Program-made: the position numbers and the translations under genes | Shown: positions 1 to 8,019 of the stretch, piece after piece | How the letters are laid out: each line of letters starts with the position of its first letter | How positions within the stretch are numbered: the stretch's first letter is position 1 | Source of the DNA: Candidatus Kapaibacterium sp. | GTDB taxonomy: Bacteria > Bacteroidota > Ignavibacteria > Kapaibacteriales > UBA2268 | NCBI GenBank assembly: GCA_937927515.1 | Contig: CALBDO010000001.1 | Location: forward strand, 21,773-85,772 | Direction of reading: 5' to 3' | DNA length: 64,000 bases | The notes under the pieces: model-generated | Told to the model about the DNA's origin: nothing | Database searches by the model: none | What the model saw: the letters and a program-made list of their open reading frames with translations, nothing else

Positions 1-397
1 GTTCACTATCTTTGGGTGGTCGCACTTGCCCACGAATGGTATCACCAGTGCGAAGACCAAAGCGCTTTATTTGAGAGGGAGAAACATAAACATCGTCTGG
101 GGAATTCAAATAATTATAGTCTGCGGAGCGTAAAAAGCCATAACCATCCGGGAGCACTTCAAGCACGCCAGTTGCACTCAGTATCTTCTCTTCGGGTGTT
201 TCTTTGCTTTTTTGTTGCGTTTGTGTCTCCAATATTTTAAGTATTAATTCTTGCTTACGTAAATCTGAAAAATCTGTTATGCCCAAAGATTTGGCAATCG
301 CAGTCAACTCCGCTATCTTTTTGGATTTTAGAACCTCAATATCAATCATCCCCTTTGCTGTTGAAAGATTGTTTCCGTTGGTTTTTGTAGTTGGCAT
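1..397 (-). CDS. rho: Transcription termination factor Rho, N-terminal part only. The gene runs off the left edge. It is missing from the ORF track because no stop codon falls inside the window.
   Basis: Minus-strand translation from the ATG at 397..395 reads MPTTKTNGNNLSTAKGMIDIEVLKSKKIAELTAIAKSLGITDFSDLRKQELILKILETQ...GVLEVLPDGYGFLRS...IKRFGLRTGDTIRGQVRPPKD. This matches the Rho N-terminal helix bundle and the start of its CSD/OB RNA-binding domain (the GFGFLR-like and GD.V.G motifs). A GGAG sits 7 nt upstream of the ATG. Confidence 0.8.
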   Translation of the reverse strand, partial: MPTTKTNGNNLSTAKGMIDIEVLKSKKIAELTAIAKSLGITDFSDLRKQELILKILETQTQQKSKETPEEKILSATGVLEVLPDGYGFLRSADYNYLNSPDDVYVSPSQIKRFGLRTGDTIRGQVRPPKDSE

Positions 398-501
398 TTT
401 TATCTCCAAAATTTAGTTATTATTTTTTTAATTTTTCTGATTATTATTTTTTTAAGAAAATTTTTTATATTTTCAAAATTTAAAACGAATTTAACAAAAA
501 A

Positions 502-771
502 TTGTTTTTTATGCAAGGGAAGTGGATAAAAATATTGATTGTATTAGGATTTTTTGGAATAGTATTAATTGCTTACGTAGACAATGTCATCGAAATTAAT
601 AGACTGTACAAGGACAATCTAAAACTAAAGAACCAGCTCCAAGATATAAAAGAACGCAGAACCAAAATTTTGAAAAGAATTAATGATTTGGAATCGCCAG
701 AACGTATTTTTGATTATGCTCAGAGAAACCTTGGAATGAAATTGCCCGATAAGCCAGCTAAGAAGTTATAA
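502..771 (+). CDS. Small membrane-anchored coiled-coil protein, FtsB/DivIC-like septum formation initiator.
   Basis: It has one N-terminal transmembrane helix (ILIVLGFFGIVLIAY) followed by a coiled coil (NRLYKDNLKLKNQLQDIKERR). It ends with ERIFDYAQRNLGMKLP, which resembles the C-terminal ERIARE.LGM motif of the FtsB/DivIC family. Confidence 0.5.
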   Translation: MFFMQGKWIKILIVLGFFGIVLIAYVDNVIEINRLYKDNLKLKNQLQDIKERRTKILKRINDLESPERIFDYAQRNLGMKLPDKPAKKL

Positions 772-779
772 ATGAACTA

Positions 780-815
780 GGGGCTACCTTTCAGAGAAGG
801 TAGCCCCATTTTTAA
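780..815 (+). terminator. Rho-independent terminator for the FtsB-like gene.
   Basis: An 11-bp perfect stem GGGGCTACCTT / AAGGTAGCCCC with a 6-nt loop is followed by ATTTTTAA. Confidence 0.6.
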
Positions 816-818
816 TTA

Positions 819-2186
819 TTATGGATTCCAGTATGTCTTGTCCCACCAAAGCTTTTCAGTAAATATAAAATCTGGATTTTGAAAATTAGGAGCAACAGCT
901 TTAACATTTTGGAAGTTATACAAACGCTCGGATTGTGGGTATGGGAACCTCCGTGGGATTGTATTCCCTTTAACAGGGGTCAATACTGGATATCCGGTTC
1001 GTCGCCAATCAGTGTATACCTCTGGAGAGAAGAAGCAAGCAATGTACTTTTGTGTCAATATGTTCTCTAAACTTAGATTATTTTCACCAACATCAACGCT
1101 CGGCTGATTAAAGTAAGCTTGCGCATCGGGGTCTGCAACACCAACTTTTTTCATAGATGCTAAAATTCCTTCTTTGTAAGCATTGTATGCAGCGTTTTTG
1201 TTTCCCTTTGCAAACTGGCATTCCGACTCAATGAATTTCGCTTCTACATAAGTAATAAACGGTACCGGTGAATTAATGCTAGCATAAAATGGTCCTAGTG
1301 GAGAATTTTCTGAGTATAGTCCATTGTCATCTTTCTTAGCAAAGAAGGGTCTTCGAGGGTCATTAAATTGATTCATCAATTCCATTAGCTTCGGTCCCAT
1401 ATTCACATCGCCTCTTTGAACATCGAACTGATAAAGCGGATTGGCTTCGGTTTCTTTATCAGTAAATGTAATCTGCATATCATCATCATTACTTGTAAAA
1501 CCATTTTGCAATGCTGCAAGTGCTTCGTCATACTTCTTCAAATGCAAATAGTATCTAGCTTTCAAAGTATAAGCAGCTTTTATCCACTTTGCAACTTTGC
1601 CGCCATACATAAAATCATCTGCTCCAGGTTTTAGCACACTGGTCGTGCTTTTTAAATTATTAATAGCATTGTCCAACAATGCAAAAATAGAATTATAAAT
1701 CTGTTCTTGGGTATCGTACTTTGGTGCAAGAGTTTTCGTACCTTTGAATGCATCGTTGTAAGGAATATCCCCCATCAAATCAGTCCACATACCCAAACTG
1801 AACGCCATCAAAACTTGGGCTGCGCCTTTATAATAGGGTGAATTCAGCTCATCGGCTTTATTAATTATAAAGTATAAATCCATCATTGGACCGGCATACA
1901 TAGTATTCCAAGCATTGTCGATGTCATCTTCTTTAAAAGTGTAATTATAAATTCCTTGGTGTTGGCGGTTCCAACCATAAAATTGTTGAGTAAAACAACC
2001 AGTAAACCTACCAATATCTCCCCCAAGAACATATGCTATTCCGACTTGTGTTGTAGGAAGAACTGTTTTCAAAGGTACATCCGATGGACTAGTTGGGTCG
2101 ACATTCAAATTCGGGTCGATCCAACTATTGCAAGCAAACATTGCAAAAGCAAATCCCAATAAAATTAGCAATGATTTTATTTTCAT
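819..2186 (-). CDS. RagB/SusD-family outer-membrane lipoprotein, the nutrient-binding partner of the adjacent SusC.
   Basis: Lipoprotein signal with lipobox MKIKSLLILLGFAFAMFAC. The ~450 aa TPR-like helical protein has the typical SusD composition (W/Y-rich, C-terminal ...LWWDKTYWNP). It lies immediately downstream of a SusC/RagA gene in the canonical susC-susD order. Confidence 0.85.
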   Translation of the reverse strand: MKIKSLLILLGFAFAMFACNSWIDPNLNVDPTSPSDVPLKTVLPTTQVGIAYVLGGDIGRFTGCFTQQFYGWNRQHQGIYNYTFKEDDIDNAWNTMYAGPMMDLYFIINKADELNSPYYKGAAQVLMAFSLGMWTDLMGDIPYNDAFKGTKTLAPKYDTQEQIYNSIFALLDNAINNLKSTTSVLKPGADDFMYGGKVAKWIKAAYTLKARYYLHLKKYDEALAALQNGFTSNDDDMQITFTDKETEANPLYQFDVQRGDVNMGPKLMELMNQFNDPRRPFFAKKDDNGLYSENSPLGPFYASINSPVPFITYVEAKFIESECQFAKGNKNAAYNAYKEGILASMKKVGVADPDAQAYFNQPSVDVGENNLSLENILTQKYIACFFSPEVYTDWRRTGYPVLTPVKGNTIPRRFPYPQSERLYNFQNVKAVAPNFQNPDFIFTEKLWWDKTYWNP

Positions 2187-2211
2187 ATTTTTCTCCTATT
2201 TGTTAAACCTA

Positions 2212-5200
2212 TTAGAAATCAACTGTAATAGTAAAGTTGTAACTTCGAACACCTGGCATATTGAAATAATCCAGTCCCTGAGCACTGTAGGCTCCCATTA
2301 AGTTCGTTTCGGGGTCAACACCTTTGTATTTGGTGCTTAACCACAAATTACGTCCAGTGAAGGTTAGCACAACATTTGAGAATGGTGTATACCCAACAAC
2401 AGATTTTGGAAGAGTATAGGAGAGACTCAACTCGCGCAATCTAACCCAACTTGCATCCTCAACAAAGTCTTCAGTATTGCTTCCAAAGAAACCATTTGCA
2501 TTGCCGAATGCAAGCCATTTTTGATTAATTCTGACAGGAATATCGTTCTTACCGCTCGTCTGCAATTCGCCATTTTCATCGAAATGTCCTTTCACTCCAG
2601 AGAAGACCTTCTCGTAATCTCTATTCTCCGTTTCTATATGAGTACCAAAGTAGTACAGTGCACTCCTTGTACCGTTCCAAATCTTACCACCTTGTCTAAC
2701 GTCAATTAGGAAGGAAAGTGCTAGTCCTTTCCAGCTAATCGAATTTCTAAACCCAAGTAAGAAATCGGGATTGAAAGAGCCAAAATCTTTTTCGTTATTA
2801 ACATCAAGAATTGGGAAACCATACTCTTCACTGTTGGGGTCGTCGTTTATGACAATTTCGCCAGTTTTGGGGTCTCGAAGCCAGCCAAAGCCAAAAATAG
2901 AACCATAGGGTTTACCTGCAACAATCCTTACAGACGAACCAGCAAAACCACCTAAGAAAATATTATCTATTCCCTCATAAAGCTCATCAACCATGTTCTT
3001 ATTTGTCGAAAAATTCAAATTCACATCCCATCTCCAATCGGCTGTATTTAGGGGTGTTATGTTGAGAACAGCTTCGAAACCCTTGTTTGAAATCTTCCCA
3101 GCATTGAACACTGTTGCATAATAGCCAGTACTTCGAGCAATTGGAACACTAAATATCTGGTCTTTACTAACAGAATTATAATAGGTCAAATCCAACGAGA
3201 ATAAATTATCTAAAAATGCTAAATTCATGCCAACTTCCCAAGATGTTGTTTTTTCTGGGCGAAGTTTATCATTACCTAAAACGTCGCCAGAAACAAACCC
3301 TACTTGATTGTTAAACGGGAATGAGACTCCATTTGTGTAACCATCACCATATGCAGCTTGGATAAATGGTGTTGTCGTTGCATACATCGGGGCATCTTTT
3401 CCTACAATAGCATAATTAAATCGGAACTTACCAAAATTAAGAAAACTTTTTTCAAACACATCTTTTAAAAGGCTTGTAAATACAATGCTAAAACTTCCCT
3501 GCCCATACCAGAAAGAGTTATTATCTTTAGGTAAGGTTGTGGACATATCGTTTCGAATTGAACCATTGAAATATAACCATTCTTGATAGTCGAGTGTTAA
3601 ATCGCCATAAAATCCTAATCGTCGCAATTTCCCACGGGATTCTCGAACTAGTTGACTGGTCGTATTAGAAATATGATAGAAATTTGGAACAATTAAGCCA
3701 TCCCCTTGAGTGTACAATGAACTACCAATAGATTGATATAAATTATTTCCAACCATCAACTTACCTACCAAGTCGTCTGTTATGTTATAATTAAAAGATA
3801 AAATTAAATCAGAAGTTAAATCATTGCTATAAATTTCGTGGTTGAAAATTTGCCCAGCGGGAACAGTCCGAGAATTAATTGCAAATTCTTGCTTGCGTTT
3901 GTCAAAGTAAATATCGGCACCAATTCTATACATTAAATCAATATATTGATTGAAAAAATAATTCAACTGGATGTTACCAATAAACCTATCTACGTTGTCA
4001 AAGAATGGGTTTTTAACTACAGTCCAATAAGGATTATCATACCCACCACCACCACGATAGGTCCTCTGCGCACCATCTGGAAACATATAGGCATCTGGAT
4101 GGTTGTAAGCTTCTTTCCCATAACCGTTGGAATTATCAAAAGTGATAGGTGTTCTTAGCAAACCGAGCATAACACCAGAAATGTTGCTACCTTGCTGAGC
4201 TCTTCTACCACCCGAGTATGTGTAATTAACATTTCCAGCAGCTTTAAGCTTGGAAGAAATTCTCGCTTCGCCATTGAACCTAATTGTCTGACGATTAAAA
4301 CTTGTTAATGGGACAATACCCGAAGACTTCGAGTTTGAAAGAGATAAGTAAAAAGAACCCAAATCAGTGCCACCAGCCATCGATAGATTTTGCGTATTAG
4401 TCATACCAGTGATAAAGAAATTTTTCAAATTATCATAAGGTTCAACCTTCTTGAATCTTGATGGATTGTTTACACTATCGACAAGATATTTTCCAACTAA
4501 ATTTCCGTACTTGTTGAATCTATTAGTACTTTCCAAATCCCAATATAACGTATCAATATTAGCTCCCCAACTTCGAGGTTCATTTGAACCTGGTTGCACA
4601 AATTTTCCATTTAAACCTTGAGAGAACTTCATCTGCATTTCTGGAAGCTTATTGACTTCCTCGAGGCTTGTAGTTGCAGAAAATGTAACATTTATTCTAT
4701 CGCTTACACTGGCGGTGCCTTTCTTTGTTGTTATAACAATTGCACCGTTGGCTGCGCGTATTCCATATAGCGCGGTAGCAGCAGGGCCTTTCAGAACCGT
4801 AACCGAGGCAATATCATCTGGATTTAAGTCGATAGCACGATTAGAATATGCAACTCCGGAAAGAAGATTATTCGAGCCATTATCTGGATTGCCACTGTAT
4901 ACCATCGAGTTGTCAATTGGAATACCATCAACAATAAACAAAGGCTGGTTGCCACCCAAGAATGAATTCTGACCGCGAATCTGAATGTACGCAGAAGCAC
5001 CTGGTACCCCAGTAGAATTTGTAACCTGAACTCCTGCCACTTTACCAGTTATGGAGTTAACGATATTTGTAACCTTTGCTTCCGAAACAATATTTCCTGT
5101 CACTTCTTCGTAAGCATAGCCAATAGATTTCTTCTCCCTTTCCAAACCTATTGCAGTTACAACTACTTCTTCAGTAAGGAGCTTATCCTCTTCAAGAGCA

Positions 5201-5502
5201 ACAGAAAAGTAGTCCTTGTCGCCTATGTTTACCTCTTTGGTTTTCATACCAACGCGTCGAAAAACAAGAGTTCTTGCGTTTGGTGGCAGACGCAGCGAGA
5301 ATGTACCATCAAGTTTAGTGTAAGTACCTACGGCGGTACCTTTTACAATAACAGTTACACCAGAAAGGGCATTGCCACTCTCATCAGTAACTTTGCCCGT
5401 TACAACTCTGCCTTGGGCAAAAGCAAATGATGAAGAGAGAAATAAAAACAAAAACAAAGAATAAATTAGTTTTTTCATACTCCCACAACCATTATTTAAC
5501 AT
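2212..5502 (-). CDS. SusC/RagA-family TonB-dependent outer-membrane transporter.
   Basis: 1096 aa. Signal peptide, then an N-terminal carboxypeptidase-regulatory-like domain (RVVTGKVTDESGNALSGVTVIVKGT...GTFSL), a plug domain (NVTVLKGPAATALYGIRAANGAIVITTKKG) and a long beta-barrel ending in an aromatic residue (...FTITVDF). Confidence 0.9.
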   Translation of the reverse strand: MLNNGCGSMKKLIYSLFLFLFLSSSFAFAQGRVVTGKVTDESGNALSGVTVIVKGTAVGTYTKLDGTFSLRLPPNARTLVFRRVGMKTKEVNIGDKDYFSVALEEDKLLTEEVVVTAIGLEREKKSIGYAYEEVTGNIVSEAKVTNIVNSITGKVAGVQVTNSTGVPGASAYIQIRGQNSFLGGNQPLFIVDGIPIDNSMVYSGNPDNGSNNLLSGVAYSNRAIDLNPDDIASVTVLKGPAATALYGIRAANGAIVITTKKGTASVSDRINVTFSATTSLEEVNKLPEMQMKFSQGLNGKFVQPGSNEPRSWGANIDTLYWDLESTNRFNKYGNLVGKYLVDSVNNPSRFKKVEPYDNLKNFFITGMTNTQNLSMAGGTDLGSFYLSLSNSKSSGIVPLTSFNRQTIRFNGEARISSKLKAAGNVNYTYSGGRRAQQGSNISGVMLGLLRTPITFDNSNGYGKEAYNHPDAYMFPDGAQRTYRGGGGYDNPYWTVVKNPFFDNVDRFIGNIQLNYFFNQYIDLMYRIGADIYFDKRKQEFAINSRTVPAGQIFNHEIYSNDLTSDLILSFNYNITDDLVGKLMVGNNLYQSIGSSLYTQGDGLIVPNFYHISNTTSQLVRESRGKLRRLGFYGDLTLDYQEWLYFNGSIRNDMSTTLPKDNNSFWYGQGSFSIVFTSLLKDVFEKSFLNFGKFRFNYAIVGKDAPMYATTTPFIQAAYGDGYTNGVSFPFNNQVGFVSGDVLGNDKLRPEKTTSWEVGMNLAFLDNLFSLDLTYYNSVSKDQIFSVPIARSTGYYATVFNAGKISNKGFEAVLNITPLNTADWRWDVNLNFSTNKNMVDELYEGIDNIFLGGFAGSSVRIVAGKPYGSIFGFGWLRDPKTGEIVINDDPNSEEYGFPILDVNNEKDFGSFNPDFLLGFRNSISWKGLALSFLIDVRQGGKIWNGTRSALYYFGTHIETENRDYEKVFSGVKGHFDENGELQTSGKNDIPVRINQKWLAFGNANGFFGSNTEDFVEDASWVRLRELSLSYTLPKSVVGYTPFSNVVLTFTGRNLWLSTKYKGVDPETNLMGAYSAQGLDYFNMPGVRSYNFTITVDF

Positions 5503-5799
5503 AAATTTACAAACATTAAAATTACGAAGAAGGAACGCAGACGCTTAGAGCTTGGTTGATTTCAAGTAAATTTAAAAAAGGTTTGTCTCGAATATTAAAA
5601 CCATAGTTTTTAAACGCGTTCATATGCAACCCCCAAATGTAAATTTTAAAAAAGGAAATAAAAAAAGTAAGTAAAATTGCAAGCAAAACACAAAACAAAT
5701 TTCTATAAATTTCTCTTCCATTGATGTAACAAATTACTCAAACAAATTCAAATTTGCAAATTTTTTTTAACAATTTCTTAACTTTTGAATTCAATCCAA

Positions 5800-7068
5800 T
5801 TAATATTTTCTCAATATTCGAAATTCTGAATTTAAAATATCGAATGATATTTGTGTTTTTTTGAATATGTCTAAACCTAAAATCCCATCTATCTTGAAAA
5901 AGTAATTATTTGTTAATCTTATGGTATTAATATCATAGAAAGACACCCTAAAAGTATCGATGTAAACCTCGAAATAAGGTACAACCCAGCTAGGACTAAA
6001 ACGCCATCCCCCAACAGAACCGATTTTTTTCGTCTGTTCATAAATTTTTTGAAAACTGACCTTTTGAAAAACATTTTCAGTTAAATAACTTCGCTCGGAA
6101 CCAAGGTCCAATGCAAAAAGAATCTTCTTATTTTGAAACTCTCCAATTACGATTGGAACACCATACCAAAAAAAGTTTGATTTAAAATTACTTTTTTTAC
6201 TCGGTTTCTCTAAAATCATTATGTTTTTATTGTAATCGATGGTAACCTTAACATTTTGCATAAATCTCCAACCGAGAATTCCATAAATTTCTACGGGAAC
6301 TTTTGAAGCCCACAGATTTAGTTTTAAATTATATTCATCGACAATTAAGGCTGGATGATTGATGATTTCAAGATTTCCAATACTTAACGCTGGTATATAT
6401 GTAGGGATAACATCAACTTTGTAGTTTGTATAGGTAATAGCTTTGCTCTTCTCTTTTGTGATAATTGGTAAATTACAATCCTCTGCGGTCTTGGATGAAA
6501 CTATAGTATAATTTGAACCACTATCGAACCAAAAATTCCTAGTCTTTCCATTGATTTGAACTTGAACAATTATTGCTCCGTTTGGTGCAGTTGAAAACGA
6601 CAAGCTATCTATTTCCTTTTTAAAAAAAACTTTTTGACTATCGATGGAAGCAAATATCTGGGCAACAAGGAAAACACTATCTGGGTCGTAGAAATAAAAT
6701 TTACTTTCCGGTATCAACTCTTTCCATTTGGATTGAAATATCAAAGAGTATGCAAGAAATTGTAAATATTCATTTTTAAAAGTGCTATTATCGTTTTTAG
6801 AGATGATATTTCTCACCTTATTTTCCACAAATTGAAATTCATTTAGAAGTAAATTCCTTATTACATATAGAAAATCAACTTCCTCTTTCGTTAAGTTATC
6901 AAATTTTAAGTTATCCAGCTCCAAATTTCTTGCTTTATCTATGAAAGTCTTATTGTCTAGCAAAAGTTTAATGTTATTATACTCTTTATCTTTAAGGGTA
7001 GAACAATATGGAAGCATTATAAAAGAAAAGGCTAAAAATCCAAATTTCGAAAATATACGCTTTTGCAT
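5800..7068 (-). CDS. Secreted or lipidated protein carrying two tandem retropepsin-like (clan AA) aspartyl-protease domains.
   Basis: Signal/lipobox (LAFSFIMLPYCS). Domain 1 is INGKTRNFWFDSGSNYTIVS ... GILGWRFMQNVKVTIDYNKNIMIL, matching the DTGA-type flap and the dGiLGmdfL..viDy consensus of the Asp_protease_2 family. Domain 2 is ILFALDLGSERSYL ... IDGILGLDIFKKTQISFD. Confidence 0.55.
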   Translation of the reverse strand: MQKRIFSKFGFLAFSFIMLPYCSTLKDKEYNNIKLLLDNKTFIDKARNLELDNLKFDNLTKEEVDFLYVIRNLLLNEFQFVENKVRNIISKNDNSTFKNEYLQFLAYSLIFQSKWKELIPESKFYFYDPDSVFLVAQIFASIDSQKVFFKKEIDSLSFSTAPNGAIIVQVQINGKTRNFWFDSGSNYTIVSSKTAEDCNLPIITKEKSKAITYTNYKVDVIPTYIPALSIGNLEIINHPALIVDEYNLKLNLWASKVPVEIYGILGWRFMQNVKVTIDYNKNIMILEKPSKKSNFKSNFFWYGVPIVIGEFQNKKILFALDLGSERSYLTENVFQKVSFQKIYEQTKKIGSVGGWRFSPSWVVPYFEVYIDTFRVSFYDINTIRLTNNYFFKIDGILGLDIFKKTQISFDILNSEFRILRKY

Positions 7069-7119
7069 TGCAGTGCTAAATTAAATAAAAATCCTTTATG
7101 GAGAAAAGAATGAATTGAA

Positions 7120-8019
7120 TTATGTGCGTCTCGTTTTGAAAAGAAAAGAGGTAAAGTTCTGGAGAAGAATGCCTGCAATAATCAAAAAAATACCTAAAAG
7201 GGTAAAAATTGAAATATTTTCTTTCAATACTAGACTAATAAAAGCCAAAGAAATCACAGGTGATAGATATATCAAATTATTGACCTTTGCTGGGTTGGCA
7301 GCCATTTTCAATGCTTTATTCCACAAAATAAAAGTAACCCCCATCTCAAAAATACCAACATATATAACTGGTAGTAAACCATAAAAATTTGGTATTTGAA
7401 CATACCCATTAATGAATAGATAAATCCAGCCATAAAAAGCTCCAAATGTGAAGTTTAGAAACAAACGCATCTCGTCGTCTTTTTCAGACATTATATTGAG
7501 CAACCAAGAAACTCCCCAAATAACCGAACTTGCCATCGCCAGAAAAGCACCATAATGATTTGAAGGTTTCAAAGAAACAATGCTCCCCTTTGAAAGGATG
7601 ATTAAAACACCAATGAAACTAATAAAAAGGGAGATATAAGAAATAAAATTCACTTTTTTCTTTTGGAAAATGCTCGTTAATATTGTCAGCACAATTGCCC
7701 AAGTGTAATTCAACGATAGAGCTTCTTGGGCGGGGAGTAATGAATAAGCTTTAAACAAAACTAAATAGTAAAGAAAAGGGTTGAGAAATCCAATTAGTAA
7801 AGACTTTAAAAAAAAACTAAATTTCAGCGTATTCAAAAGGAGCAGTTTGCCTGTCAGGAGTAATGCTATTAGTAAAACAATCGAAGCTGTCGTTGAAGCT
7901 AAGACAAGCAATTGATATGGGTTAACATACATTAAAGCTATCTTAAATGCAGTAGCAACCGTTGACCAAAATATTACCGATAACGATGCAAGTAATATAG
8001 ATTTAGTTTCATTAGCCAT
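7120..8019 (-). CDS. EamA/DMT-superfamily permease (10 transmembrane segments).
   Basis: A 299-aa polytopic membrane protein with two repeated 5-TM halves. The composition and length are typical of EamA-domain transporters. Confidence 0.65.
   Translation of the reverse strand: MANETKSILLASLSVIFWSTVATAFKIALMYVNPYQLLVLASTTASIVLLIALLLTGKLLLLNTLKFSFFLKSLLIGFLNPFLYYLVLFKAYSLLPAQEALSLNYTWAIVLTILTSIFQKKKVNFISYISLFISFIGVLIILSKGSIVSLKPSNHYGAFLAMASSVIWGVSWLLNIMSEKDDEMRLFLNFTFGAFYGWIYLFINGYVQIPNFYGLLPVIYVGIFEMGVTFILWNKALKMAANPAKVNNLIYLSPVISLAFISLVLKENISIFTLLGIFLIIAGILLQNFTSFLFKTRRT

Noticed and set aside
16-416. Plus-strand ORFs 16..240 and 204..416
   Set aside because: They are antisense to the clearly recognisable Rho N-terminal coding sequence on the minus strand and have no motif or sensible start context.
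5503-5799. 297-bp AT-rich intergenic region upstream of susC as a possible ncRNA or tRNA locus
   Set aside because: There is no tRNA-like cloverleaf or conserved structure. It is more simply a promoter/leader region for the susCD operon, and I could not assign a Bacteroidota -7/-33 promoter with confidence.
7115-7384. 89-aa plus-strand ORF
   Set aside because: It lies fully inside and antisense to the EamA permease gene. It is basic and low-complexity and is not supported.
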